A DNA stretch of 64,000 nucleotides from Lepidodermella squamata (Eukaryota > Animalia > Gastrotricha): assembly GCA_047495785.1 (NCBI GenBank), contig JBLDXI010000031.1:186001-250000 (forward strand). Direction: 5' to 3'. Positions 37,732 to 50,678 of this stretch are shown one piece after another (position 1 is the stretch's first letter; every line of letters starts with the position of its first letter). A program made the translations under genes and the position numbers. Below the pieces are notes generated by a model. It was not told the origin of the DNA and searched no databases. It worked only from the letters and a program-made list of their open reading frames with translations.

Positions 37732-39021
37732 ATGAATTTCCCAAGTTGCGTCGTTTTAGCCTATTTTTTAACATCAACGGATGCTTTTCGGGCGCCCCTT
37801 GAAAGCGAGTTAACTCCAGACGATGCTTTCTGTGCTAAACTGCAAGCAAAATGTCCGTATCTGCGTAGTAAAACCGCGAGACCTGTCGTAAAAGAACTCG
37901 GTAAAAAGATAAGCATAAACCTATCCCTGCAGCCAATAGCATTCATCGGCCTGAATGACGTCGGTCAGCTATTTTCAATGCAAGCGGAGCTGCTTATTTT
38001 CTGGGTGATGCCGGAGTGCGCAAAATGGATGGATTACAGCGAACTGGTGTCAGAAAATAGTCAGAAAATGACTCCGCGTTGTGACTTTCGAGTTCGAGAT
38101 GAAATATGGGTACCACGAATTCAGCATTACAACCGAGTTGGAGTCGACGATCCTTTCATTTGGTGAGGAGCAATTTCATACAAAACTAAACCATAAGGCA
38201 GATTACTTTCCTTTTGAAAAGGCCCCGGGAAGCAGTTGCAAATGTCATGGCTTATGGCTATGCGTATCTTAGCGTAGCCACTCTCTTTGTGTCCAGCTGT
38301 ACCCTCAGTTTTAGAAAGTTTGGAACCTTAATTTGCTTTGAATATTTGCTCTAAATTTCTTGAGGACAGATTCCCTTTCGATACACAAACATGCTCAATC
38401 AGCATTAGCGGTTCAAACTTCATAGAGAAGGATACTTACACGTTCAACGAGGTTCAATTTCAATCATTCAACGTATTCGCGGAAGGAGATACTGCAATGG
38501 AAGAGGTCTTCTCGCCAACAGATCCTTGGCGGCTAGTACGGCAAATTGCAACGAAAACGGAAGCTAATACAACTGCTAATTTCAATTTCGTCATTGCGAG
38601 ACGCGCAGAGTGTTACTTTGCCACTCTTTTCCTCCCGATGATACTTCTAACAATTCTTCAAGTCTCTGTCTTCGCTCTGCCAGCTGATGTGCCGGACCGA
38701 GCTTGCTTTTCTCTGACTGTATTTCTATCTTCATCATTCATGCTAAGCATTCTAACATGGAGCCTTCCAAGCACGCCGGAAACAATACACCTCGCAGTCA
38801 ATTTCGGCGTGAACTTGGCTATCGGAGTAGCTGTATCGATTTATTGCTTGGTCACATGTCGGCTAACGAATGGAGCTAGAGCGTCAAAATACGTCGATGC
38901 TTTTGTGGCGAAATGGAATATTACAAAGATTGATTTCATGGATTTTCTAGCATTTTCGATCACCCTTATTGCGTATATAATACTATATGCCGCCACTTGT
39001 TTGATGATAGCCTTTGAATAA
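37732..39021 (+). CDS. Divergent Cys-loop channel subunit (copy 6)
   Basis: Exons 37732-38162, 38222-38317 and 38370-39021; Cys-loop CTLSFRKFPFDTQTC; M2 PDRACFSLTVFL. Confidence 0.9.
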
Positions 39022-39584
39022 GTGTCAGCTATCGCCAGCACGTAATACTGTATATGGTTTCATTTCCGATTTTCGTGTGATTTTCGTTATATTGACGTTT
39101 AGAGTTTTGAGCTTTGAGCCACTGTACGTTAATTTTCTTCGATCGGCCTGTCGAAAATGTAAACCAACGTAACATTGCCTGAGAGCAACTAAAATAGGAA
39201 AATGTCGCATTTTGTTGCTGCTCGGACTTTTTGGGGATTGGCCTTTTAGGGCTTTTTAGGCTAGTTTACGTCAGGTTCAAGGTGATAGATGACAAGTAAA
39301 GAGTCATTTATTTGGGACGTTTTTACCACTTCTTTCACGTTGAAAAGCGCCGCGTTTTACACCACCGATCCCTGATCACTCTCGTTATGAGAAACTGCTT
39401 TTCTCATAGCAGCCGGAATTCAATACTGGCTTAGTTGTTAGGAGTACACATGGAAGCAGAAATAACGGGTAATCAGAGAAGAGATGACCAGTATTTGCCT
39501 TTTTTCAACAACTAGTTCTTCTGAAAAAGATTTAACAATGTTTACTATGATTAGAGTTTGGCTGTTAAAACTGGGTAGAACAGT

Positions 39585-40480
39585 CAGGGTATTATACCGA
39601 CCGGTTTTTATTCTAAAAAAACCGCCTACCGGTTTAAACCGATTTATACCGGTAATAAACACCGGTTTTTAATGAATTTCAATAATTGAAGGATTTGACA
39701 AAAGGAGAGTCGAACAACTCAAATACCTTAGCTTCCATTGAATTTTCGAGTGCACCACGTTAATCTACGCAGAAAACTGCATAGTTAGATGTGTTACACG
39801 ACTATTTTCATGAAAATTAGATTAAATGCAATAAAGCAATAAAAATTAAAAAAAGAGCTAATTATCTCCAGATCTGTGATAGCTATGAAAATTCTGGAAA
39901 CGGGAATGAGTTCCCCGTGCAAACTTTACCCCTCCGGGGTTTCTAAGGGGGATTTTGCCATCAAAAGACGCGGTTTTGCCGATTCCTTTGAAAAAATTTT
40001 TTTTTACAATATTCCTATCAACAATTAAAAAACCGGAACTGAATTTTGATTTTGCGATATTTTCGTTAGTTTTGCGAATTATGTAAAGAAATTTGAGTTC
40101 TAGGGGTAATCCGAGGCGCTGAACACGCTGAGCGCATCTGTTTTTACACTGGAAGTATCGGTTATCGAATATCGATTATCGATTATACAGTGAGTGATTG
40201 ATTTTTGTTCGAATTTTGCCGAATCTTACTTGGCAAATGAACCTTCACGCTAAGAATAAAAGCTGATTATCATTACTAATGCAACTCCTGATCTTGTAGC
40301 TCAATTTTTGCCAACACTTCCAACTAGGAAGACATATTCCTGGTGATGTATTGCCATCTAACCGTCGGATTTGTCGGTTTACTTAAAACCGCGGTTTTTA
40401 TTGAACTTGAAAAAAACCGGTTTATACCGGCACCGGTGTAAACTGGTAGGAACTGGTTTGAGTTTAAACCGAATACCCTG
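39585..40480. mobile_element. Non-autonomous hAT-type element
   Basis: TIRs CAGGGTATT / AATACCCTG; 8-bp TSD AGAACAGT; subterminal ACCGGT/AAACCG repeats. Confidence 0.88.
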
Positions 40481-40932
40481 AGAACAGTCAATATCAGCCT
40501 CTACCTACAACCGTTGGCATTTGTTGGCTTGGACGATGTCAGCCAGCTGTTTTCAATGCAAGCCGAGGTTCTTATCGTCTGGGCACTGCCGGACTGCGCG
40601 AAATGAATGGAGCTGAGCGATGTCTTATCGGGAAACAGCTCAATAACTGAGTGATGTGACTTTCGTGTTCGAGACGAGGGTTGGGGTTGACGATCCTTTC
40701 TAATGGCAAGAAGACATTTCATGGAATTTTCAAACAATAACTTGCTCTGTCAACTTCATTGAGGCAACCTGACAAAGTCGTGATCGTCATGGCATATGGT
40801 CATGCATATCTGAGCACTGTAACTCTATTCGCCTCATGCTGCTCTCTTCATTTTAGAAAATTCGATCAATTGCCTTTTGCTTACTTTTGTGAAACTTTCT
40901 TTTGATCAGATTCCCATTCGATGAACAGACTT

Positions 40933-41032
40933 CGTTCGTGGCGCGGAAGAACAAGCACTTCAAGCAAAAAATATCCTATCATTAGCACTATGTTTTTTTG
41001 CTTGAAGAGCTTGTTCTTCTGCGCTACGAACG
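40933..41032. mobile_element. 100-bp foldback MITE
   Basis: About 38-bp inverted arms (CGTTCGTGGCGCGGAAGAACAAGC...); TSD ACTT (or CT). Excision restores CAG ACT TGT TCC (QTCS). Confidence 0.8.
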
Positions 41033-41574
41033 ACTTGTTCCATTACCATTAGCGGCGCGGACTACATAGGAAAAGCTATATACCAGTTTGACGAGGTTCG
41101 ATTCCGATCATTCAACTTCTTAGAGGGTTCTCCGATCGTTCTTAGAGGGAGAAGGCGGATTCGAAGCTGTATTTTCAAAGGAAACCTTACCGGCTTTTCT
41201 CAACAGTCGCTGTTAAAATAGATCAGAATACTACGGCTAACTTCAACTTCGTGGATGCCAGACGCCCAGAGTGCTACGTCGCCGCGATATTCACGCCGAT
41301 GATAATGCTGACGCTTATGCAACTTTCAGTCTTCGCAATGCCGGCTGAAATGCCTGATAGGGCTGGATTTTCTTCGACCATTTTTCTCGCATCATCTGTC
41401 ATGTTGAACATTGTGACATCAAGCATTCCAACCACGCCCGAAATGACACTTCTAGCGGTAAACTTCGGATTAGGTATCGCCATTGGAGTCTTGATTTCGA
41501 TTTTCGATTTTCGATCTATTGCCTGTTCACATGTCGGCTAACCCATTGAGATATCGCTAAGCGATTCAGTACGT

Positions 41575-41870
41575 CTTGCCATTGCGATGGCAAGACGTAC
41601 TGAGATGCCCGATCGAGCTGCCATTTCCCTCACGGTTTTCCTCGCATCATCAGTTATGTTGGGGCTCATAACCACTGAATTACCGACAACTCCGGAAACA
41701 GTGTTGCTAGCGATGAATTTCGGAGTTGGCATCGCCATTGGAGTTCTCGTTTCGATCTATTGCTTAGTCACATGCCGTCTGAAGAATGGCGAAATCGCTA
41801 GAGGATACGTCAACGTCTATGTTACGAAGTGGATATATCAACTATGTTCATGATGCTTATGGATTGAGTG
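41575..41870 (+). pseudogene. Second Cys-loop channel fragment (M2-M3, M1 deleted)
   Basis: ARRTE directly fused to MPDRAAISLTVFL; closest to copy 7. Confidence 0.78.
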
Positions 41871-43129
41871 CGTAAACAATTACTCGCGCTGTATTGTCTT
41901 GAAAGTTTCAAGTTTCAAGTTGAAACCATTAAATTGAACATACATGGCTGTTACACACGCGTATTCAAAAAATGTACATTTAAAAAATTGTTTAGGGTCT
42001 CTAGGATCTAAGATCTTTTTCGTTATCACAGCAAAAACGTTGTACGAAGGCTGCAATCTTTACCCGTTGTCGACGCTAATATGTTTGGCTAATTGATATC
42101 CTACAGGCAGAATGACGACGCGGAGTGAAGCCAGTATTAAATTGAAAGAGAAGGCAAAAGCGCCTTCAGATTTTTCTTGTGTCCCCACGTTAATCGATAG
42201 CAGCCATTTTTTGCCATCGAAGTAAAAATGAAAATACCTAGCTCTGAGAAAGTGGCTCCCTATTCTGAGCCGTATTCCGCGAGAACCAAGTATCAAATCG
42301 GCTGAATCTCATCATCAAACAACATTAATCGACCAGCAAAGAATTTGGAAATATTCAATAACCTATCGCATATTATCGCATCTGTTTTTCTAGTCGATGG
42401 CCTAGGCAAATAATTGCTATGGCTGATGGCTTTATTTTCATTTCATAATATTTACTTCTCTCGTTTTTCGCTTGCTTTGCTAACTAGCAGGTAGAATTGT
42501 GATTTGCAAATTCCGCTCCAGAAAATGATGGCCATGGAGATCGCTGCATGAAGGTTCTCACATGATGATGAATGAGAGAAGAATCTTGGTCTCAAATGGA
42601 TAGATAACATATTATTGAGATATTTGTCCGTCAATAAGTTCCGCACAATTATTCAAACTTCAAACTGTTACGCGAAATAACTAGATATATCGCACTAGAT
42701 TCAACGTTGATTCGGAGCAAAGTGCGATCTGCTTTCAGCTATCGATACAAAACTACAACGCATAAAAATTGTATTCTACTTACAAACGATCACAGCCTGT
42801 TAATGTACAGCCTGTACAAAACGTTCCAAGTGATTAAAGACGATTCAGAGAGATCGAATTTTCGGATCTCAGTATCATACTCAGACCCTGTGCGCTGGGG
42901 GCGACATGTTTAACGACCAGCAATAATGATTTAAAAAACAGCAAGCTGGACAAGAAAATTTGGTGAATATAACTATGCAGGCATTCTCATTACCCATCGA
43001 TTCTAGAAAGTTCTATAGGGTGGGCTCGTAATATTAAGTTGACTTTGAATCGATTTTGAAAGCTAACAATAATCCAATATATTTCAACACTGATATACAT
43101 TCGCTATCAGTTGATTGATCACATTTGAC

Positions 43130-44384
43130 ATGATCGCGCGGCTTTCATTACAATTTGTGAGTCTTCAGCTAGCTTCAGGCTACATGTTGGCGCCTGAGAA
43201 ATTCGAGCCTGGCCAGCTGACGCTGACTGACGAATTTTGCAAAAATCTACAGGCCATCTGTCCATACCTTCGAAGCAAGCACGCACGGCCAGTCCAAGAG
43301 GAGAGCGACGGAAGAGTACAAATAAACCTCATTCTCAAGCCAATAGCTTTTGTCGGCTTGAGCGATGTCGATCAGCTATTTTCAGTACAGGCCGAGCTGC
43401 TTATTTCTTGGACGGTGCCAAAATGTGCTAAATGGGACAAATATGGGGAGATAAACCAATCAACACCGTATCGCTGTGACTTTCGAATCACTGACGAGAT
43501 TTGGGCGCCAAAATTGAGACATTGCAACAGAATTGGAATAAACGATCCCTTCGAATGGTGAGATTGACATTTTTTTTTGTTCAGAACTTACATTTTCTCT
43601 CCAAGGCCACAAGAAACTGAGGCGAATGTTATGTCGTTCGGCTATACATACCTAACACTCGTCACCCTGTTTGTATCGAGCTGCAATCTCAGCTTTAAAA
43701 AGTTTGAGGATTGCGTTGCTAAGTTTATTTTATGTATGCAATATTCTATTCAATAGATTTCCATTTGATCATCAAATCTGTGCAATAAGCATAAGTGTTG
43801 GTAATTACATGGACCAATTTATAGTCGATATCAACTATGCTGAAATCGACCAAGACAAATCGGCGAAAATGTTCTCCGAGACAGATTCTTGGCGGCTTTT
43901 GAAAAATCATACGAACATAACGAATGATTTTAATGACGTTGACTTCAGCTTCGCCATCGCAAGACGTACCGAATGCTACATGGCATCTATTTTCGCTCCT
44001 ATGCTGATGCTTACGATATTACAGCTAGCTGTCTACGCTATGCCAGCTGACATGCCAGATCGAGCTGGCATTTCCCTCACGATTTTCCTCGCATCTTCAG
44101 TTTTGTTGGGGCTCATAAATACCGAACTACCGAAGACGCCGGAAACAATAATTCTTGCGGCGAATTTTGGAGTTGGCATTGCCATTGGGGTTCTCGTTTC
44201 GATCTATTGCCTAGTCACATGCCGGCTATCAAATGGCGAACTAGCAAAGGACTACGTCGATGTCTATGTTACGAGATGGAATTTGAAGAAAATCGATGCC
44301 ATGGATACAGTTGCATTTTCAATCACGCTTTTCAGCTACCTTATTCTTGACATAACCAGTTGTGTCATGATGCTTATGGAATAG
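43130..44384 (+). CDS. Divergent Cys-loop channel subunit (copy 7)
   Basis: Three conserved exons; Cys-loop CNLSFKKFPFDHQIC; M2 PDRAGISLTIFL. Confidence 0.9.
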
Positions 44385-44754
44385 ATCGATGGCATAAGGT
44401 TTGGTAGAAAATCGATTGTACTTTCAAGTAAGCTAAAAATTAATACTCACTTATTCTGGCGTGGTATCTCCGTTTATTATTTGATTCATGAACCTTGCGA
44501 CGTTTCAATAAATGAACGCTTGGTTAGCTTAAAGCTTGCAGTATCACATTACATATGCCCATCGTAGAAAAAAGATAAAAGAAACAAAGGCTACACAACT
44601 CTTCTTAACGGTTTTAAAGAGAAGAGAAGCAGCTGATTAAACGCATGCATGGTAGCGCTGCGAATTCTATCGGATAGTAGGTAGGAAAGTTCATTATTCT
44701 TTAATTACAATCTTTTGTAAGTGCGTTATATTTCGATATTTTTCTTTTCGGAAA

Positions 44755-46417
44755 ATGAAGTTTTACAAGTTAAGCTTCTCCTTCGCATTTCTGATAGCTA
44801 ATTGCGCAATAGCCATTGAGGGCAGCTTGTCAAATCCTATGAATGCACCTTTGGTTTTCGAGCCGAATGAACTACCACCTGCTGAGGCTTTTTGTGAAAA
44901 AGTTGTTAATAGCTGCCCTTATCTTCGAAGGCGAACTGCCGTCCCGGTGACGAACCCAAACACCGATGCTGTGAGACTGAAACTCCGCTTCGAGCCACTT
45001 AGCTTCAACGGCATCAGCGACATAGACCAAACAATGTCGATGCAAGCGAGGATGTACATCGACTGGCAAATGCCTGAGTGCAGTCGTTGGGCCGTAGGCA
45101 AGGACGGAGCCGATGAACAGAATTATACATTAATGATTGCTCCTCATTTGTGCGAGATCCCTGCTGATAAACTTTGGATGCCGCCCCTGATTCACGCAAA
45201 CAATGTTGCGGGCAAGAGTCCCTTTCATTTGCAGGGCTTTGTGAGGGTTCTTCATACTGGAAGAGTCACACGAACAGTAAACGCCAATTTTCGTTCCTCT
45301 TGTGAGATGAACTTCGAAAAGTAAGCTTTATCGATGATGTTTTGAATAGGATGATGAGTAAACGTGCTCGAAACCTAAGGCTGAGGTTGGGGACTAGGGT
45401 TAGGGCTGGGGTTAGAGATTGAAAAGTAATGGATCAAGATTTAAGAGATTAAGAGAGAGAGAGAAAACCTGTTATTGGTATACTGTGTTATATACAAACT
45501 ATAACATTGCCTTTGAGACACAGGATTATAAATTATTAAGTTTACAATTTGATGAGATTAATTGATGAATTAATTGCTTGATTGATTGATTAGTTAGCGT
45601 CTTTGAGTAGGTTGGCTATTTGAGTAAAGATGATTATTCAGGATCCTAATGCTATCCTTAAGGATTTGATGGGCCATATCAACAGCTGTACCGCTGCTGA
45701 TTCCGTAATCTTGAAGTAATTGGGTCGCTTCTTTGGTTAGCGAGCCCCGAATTTGAAAATTTCGAATTTCATGAATCCTGTTTGTCTTTTAGGTTCCCTT
45801 TCGATGAACAAGTTTGCACACTGGAATTCCTCACAGCTCCCAGCCCTTTGACAGCTCGTTTTGCTAATTTCAGATCAGCGTTAATCGAGCCGCGCATGAG
45901 TGCCTTCATTTCGCGCACTAACATCTGGAAATTGCTGAGAAACTCGACGGCCATCACCCCAAGTGGAAGGAAGGTTATATTCAAGTTCAAACTAGCAAGG
46001 AACTCTCATGCCTACTTCACCACAATTTTCTTACCCCTCGGAATGCTGACGGTCTTGCAACTCAGCCCGTTCATCTTCCCCCTCGATATCAATGACCGAG
46101 CGAATTTCGCAACCGGGACTTTTCTCGCTTCATCCGTGCTGCTAGGGGTTCTGCACACCGAACTGCCGAGGACGCCTGAAACGCTGTTGTTAGCTATCAA
46201 CTTCAGCACTATGATGATTATGGGTATCGCCATGTGCCTTTACTTCATGGCCCTTAGTACGTTGGCATCGCAGAATTATGATTTGAAAGCTAAGAAAGTG
46301 GCTGGTGGTCGTATTGGACTGCTTCGTTTGGTCGATCTTGTGGTATTTGTTCTCTTTTTGCTTTCCTATGCTTCGCTTAATGCAATCACTTACGCAAAAG
46401 CTAATAGCAGAGGTTGA
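44755..46417 (+). CDS. Divergent Cys-loop channel subunit (copy 8)
   Basis: Two exons (44755-45320, 45793-46417); lacks the first intron seen in paralogs; Cys-loop CEMNFEKFPFDEQVC; M2 NDRANFATGTFL. Confidence 0.9.
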
Positions 46418-46907
46418 ACTAGCATCAGGCATCGGGATAGATTAATTATCCCAGAATGTACTTCAATATATCGTCATTGGGCTAATGAAACCAGCTAAGT
46501 ATATAGGAAAATACTATATACTTAGCTGGTTTCATTAGCCCAATGGCGATATTGAGACTCTTCCTAATGACATGACCACACTCACCCACTATCCGTAATC
46601 TATTGAGAAAATTCTTTGAAAGGTGAAAGGCATCTTTTGAACAAGTGTTTCTAATTTTGTCCTCTCGTTGAGCCAAGGAACATATGATTAGAATAAAAAA
46701 TGTAGTCAGGGTGAGCGACATGAATGGTTCAATTCCCAACTGATTAATTGTCTTCATCGTCATTCAACGAAAACGAAGAAACTTGAAGGGAAATGTTGCG
46801 TTAAATATTTTATTCTTTTATTCTTTAAAATCCACAGTCGCATTATTTGCAATCGATCAACGATCAATCACTGTCTCGGGGCTTGTTATGCACCTTATGT
46901 ATCAATG

Positions 46908-48194
46908 TCATCTGTCTTTGATTCTCATGGTTCGAACGTGCCAGTCAGCAAAGCTGTGTATACTGAATAATATTTGCATTAGAACTTGAAAATATAAGAT
47001 TCGAAGCAACTCACATTTTAAGTTGTTATCAGAGACGCCTTTGGCCATTTGAGTTGTAAACAACCGCCTGTCAAGAATCTGATTGATACTGGGTCTCTGA
47101 GTATGATTTCGGTTCAATAGATCCGTCATGAGATCTCTCAAATCCCCGGAGAAACTCGTCGGAATCGGCTGCATTTTCTCACTAAAAATAGAATGAGTTA
47201 AAACTAGACAAGAAGTCATTTCAAATCTCACTATGTTATCAGTTTGACCAACTCGGTAATATTTTTGCACGGAACTACTTTCACCTTCCCCGATTTCGGT
47301 TCCATTCTCGTGAAGAATGGCATTCTTATAGCTGCCATTTCGTATAGAAGAAGGCCAAGTTGCCATACATCGACTTTGGTTGAGAACGTTCCGCTGAAAT
47401 ACTCAGGAGGCATATACTTCAATTTATCGAGGGAAATCGGGCTTTTGAGGGGATCAGACGTCCTGTTTTGATAAATCCGGTTCAAATATGACTAATATAA
47501 ACGGTATTGACCTACGTCAATCTGAGTCGGGGAACGATGAAGTCTGATAGCCGGCATTCGTTGGTTTGACCTTTGAAGAAAATATTCACTGGCTTCACTG
47601 CTCCATGGACTACTCCCTTCTCGTGAAGAAACTGAACAGCTCCAGCTAGTTGTCTGAACCAGTCGAGGATCTGGGGAAAAATTAATATTTGAAATGATGA
47701 AATCGAGAAAATCTTAACTCACCGTGGACTCTTTGAAGAAATGTCCTTTTTTATGTTGCTGAGCGATTCTCCATTTGAGGGTCTGTGAAGGAGGGAAGTA
47801 TTCCATCTCGAAATACAGCGACTTTGTAGCATCATCTGCGAGAGATCAGTCAAAGAATGTGGTATTTGGGATATAAAATACTACCTTGAAATACATCCAA
47901 GACATAAACAAGAGAGCGGTCTCGAATTGATGCGAGGAAATGGACCTCTTTCAGCACCTTTTTCCATTGGTCCTCGGTTGTTACGTTTTGAAGTATGACC
48001 TCCCGCAGGGCAACGGTCATACCTGTCGACTTCCGGACCGCCAGCAGCGTTTTGCCCCTCAATCCATTCGAAACAGTCTCCAGAACGTTGTAATCGACGT
48101 ACATACTGTTGGATGAGGGCAAGAAGTCGATGAAATCTTCCTCTTTTTGAGGCTCAGCCTCGTCGGTGATTAATTCAATGCTACCTTCAGCCAT
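46908..48194 (-). CDS. NEK-like Ser/Thr kinase-fold protein, predicted pseudokinase
   Basis: Multi-exon; ILDWFRQLAGAVQFLH, YMPPE, KVDVWQLGLLLYEMAAIRMPF, RPSINQIL. Catalytic motifs are altered (VALR, HGAVKPVN, no DFG). 3' end uncertain. Confidence 0.8.
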
Positions 48195-49263
48195 TTCTAT
48201 ATCAAGAGTGAAAAAAACTAGTCAAGTTATCGATCGGAAATGAAGAATGACGCAGTCGGAAGTGTTTCAAGGCCCTAAGAAACTTAGTGCGTGTTTTTTA
48301 CTGCGCATTTCTGCTGGATTTTTTTTTTTCGTTTATTGAAGCATTACCTTTGATTGCCATTAGCTTCTCTATTCACATAGCGAGTGCACAACGTTTTTCT
48401 TTCAAACCGCCGCTAAGCGAACTGAATTTTTCCACTCTTGGATCGTGAATAGGAGCGTGACAGTATCAACGGCGGTAAGCATAGTCCCAATCTCTCGGAT
48501 TTCAGAAGACGCCCATTGTCTTTGAATTGCGTTCTACTTTTGCGGCAAGATGAATTGGAAATGAAATTTGAATGGTAAGGACCATCTGAGGTCATTAGTT
48601 AATAGCCCATCACAGAGTCACGTGAAAGTGCGCGGTCAAAAACCGTAAACAAGTTCAGGAATGAAAAGTACGCTATAGCAGGAGGTCAATGCAGACTATT
48701 CTGTCATTTTTCCAGATGCAAGGTCATTTTACGAAGGTCAAACCAGAGAGCAAAGCAAGACAGCAGAGCTGGCTAGGATGAGGAAAGTCGACTTGATAAA
48801 TCAGCGTGTCTCAAACCTTGTCCTGTGGGCAGGGTTTCTCAAACTGGGACTGGTGATTCTCATAAAACTTGAATATTGCGAAAATTTGGCTCATTTGAAG
48901 TCACTCATTCATGAAAAATCTTCAAGACTAGCGTTAGCTAAAGCTCGCATAAGAAGCTGGGTTAATAATCGCATGATCTTCAATTTCTTATTTTCAGAAT
49001 ATTCTCCCGTGTTTATCCCTTCCCTTTGATTTATTTTCGTCGAGGAGAACATAAAATAATCCACCGCAATTACCGCTCCAGGTTTCCAATTTAAAGCTCA
49101 TGGTAGGAGGTTGAGCATACATACTAATTGAAAGCATGGTCCATAATTAAAAGCAAACAGAGGCTAGCCATTTTTCCATATCCGCCAACCGGAGCTGATC
49201 GAGCGCTTTAATATGCGAGAACATTCTGCCGATTTTATTTTGAGAGATTACCTAATATTGACA

Positions 49264-50635
49264 ATGTTGAAATTGTCTCTTATGTTTCTTCTCTTATGGA
49301 GCGTCTTGCAGTATGTGCTCGGTAACTTAGCGTTTTACGACAATCTGAAAAAGAAGAAAACAACTCTCGCTGGCAGTGAAACCAGCAACACTACTACTAC
49401 TACTACTACTACAGCTTCAAATCAAGTTGTGAACACTCAGCACGTGGAAATCGATCCATTTGCAGGCCTAACGAAAGGGGAGACGCTTTGCGCAATGGTT
49501 GCACAACGCTGTCCATATCTTAGACTCAACGTACTGCGTCCGCTAGATAGCAATGGTCGCATAATGATAGACATATCACTCCTGGCGCTCAGTTTCATAG
49601 GAATCGACGATGTTCAGCAAAAGTTCTCGTTACAGGCCGAGTTCTCGTTTACATGGAACATGCCACCATGTGCGGGCTTCTACACTATGTCCACCAGTGA
49701 ACCTCATTTTTGCGTCTATTCAACACACGAGACTTATCGGCCAGTTTTAGACCATGCAAATCGATTGGGACCTCTGAATCCTTTTGACAGGTGAGAAACC
49801 GTCCCTGAAACTTGAAAAGGATTAGTTCTTCGATTTGTTGCAGCTTGAATGTTGTGTACCTGCTACCTTGGACGAGACTCGCGGTTGCGTCAGCAAACAG
49901 TCAGTTCGACTCATCATGCCAACTATCATTTCGAAAGTAAGGCTGTAAATCGATAGAAGGATTATATTTTATCGACTGAATAGGTTCCCCTTCGATACGC
50001 AAACTTGCCGGATTCAAGTGAGAACTGGCTCTCTTTACACACCGGTGGAATCGAAGTTTCGGGACGCGAGCTATTACCGCGAGAATGACACCGGGGCCGT
50101 ATCAGGCCTGCCTAGCGCCGGTCTGTTTTCTGATACTGATATTTGGCAACTGATAGATCAGTACATCGAATGGGACGAGGAAGACAGGAGAACTGATTTC
50201 GTCTTCGTATTGAAACGGCGATCCGAATGTTACTACGCGACGATTTTCATGCCAACGGCCATGTTAATGGTCCTTCAACTCTGCGTTTACCTAATGCCAG
50301 CGGATTCACCAGATCGGCCAGCTTTCTCAATGGCGTCCTTCCTGTCTTCATCCGTACTTCTCGGCGTCGTAACTACAGCAGCGCCCAAATCATCGGAAAC
50401 TATGCTTCTAAGTATCAATTTTGTTGTTCAAACTTGCATCGGCATCGGGATAACGATTTACTGCCAAGTGACATGCCGCTTGGCGACGTTCTTCAGAGCG
50501 GAATATATCAAACGGCGTGTTACCGGGTACAATTTCAGACTGATCAATTTCTTAGACATTATTGCATTCGTTATCTCATCTTTGGCTTATGGTATTGTCA
50601 ATCTAGTCACATTTTTCATGATGACAGCCGATTGA
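49264..50635 (+). CDS. Divergent Cys-loop channel subunit (copy 9) with N-terminal poly-Thr insert
   Basis: Three exons; CPYLR; Cys-loop CQLSFRKFPFDTQTC; M2 PDRPAFSMASFL. Confidence 0.88.
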
Positions 50636-50678
50636 TTTAAAATATTTCTTTTTTTGATCAATAAACCATTCAATATTA

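Larger units (their letters stand above)
39560..41541 (+). pseudogene. Cys-loop channel pseudogene disrupted by two insertions
   Basis: LGRTV|NISLYLQPLAFVGLDD is split by a hAT element; CAKW has become CAK*; the intron-2 donor is lost; a hairpin is inserted at DEQT/C; frameshifts. Confidence 0.85.

Noticed and set aside
45374-45420. TTAGGG-like tract as a telomeric remnant
   Set aside because: Only a few degenerate units within an intron.
2715-50635. Naming the channels as nAChR alpha subunits
   Set aside because: No vicinal loop C cysteines or aromatic-box residues; orthology cannot be assigned without a tree.
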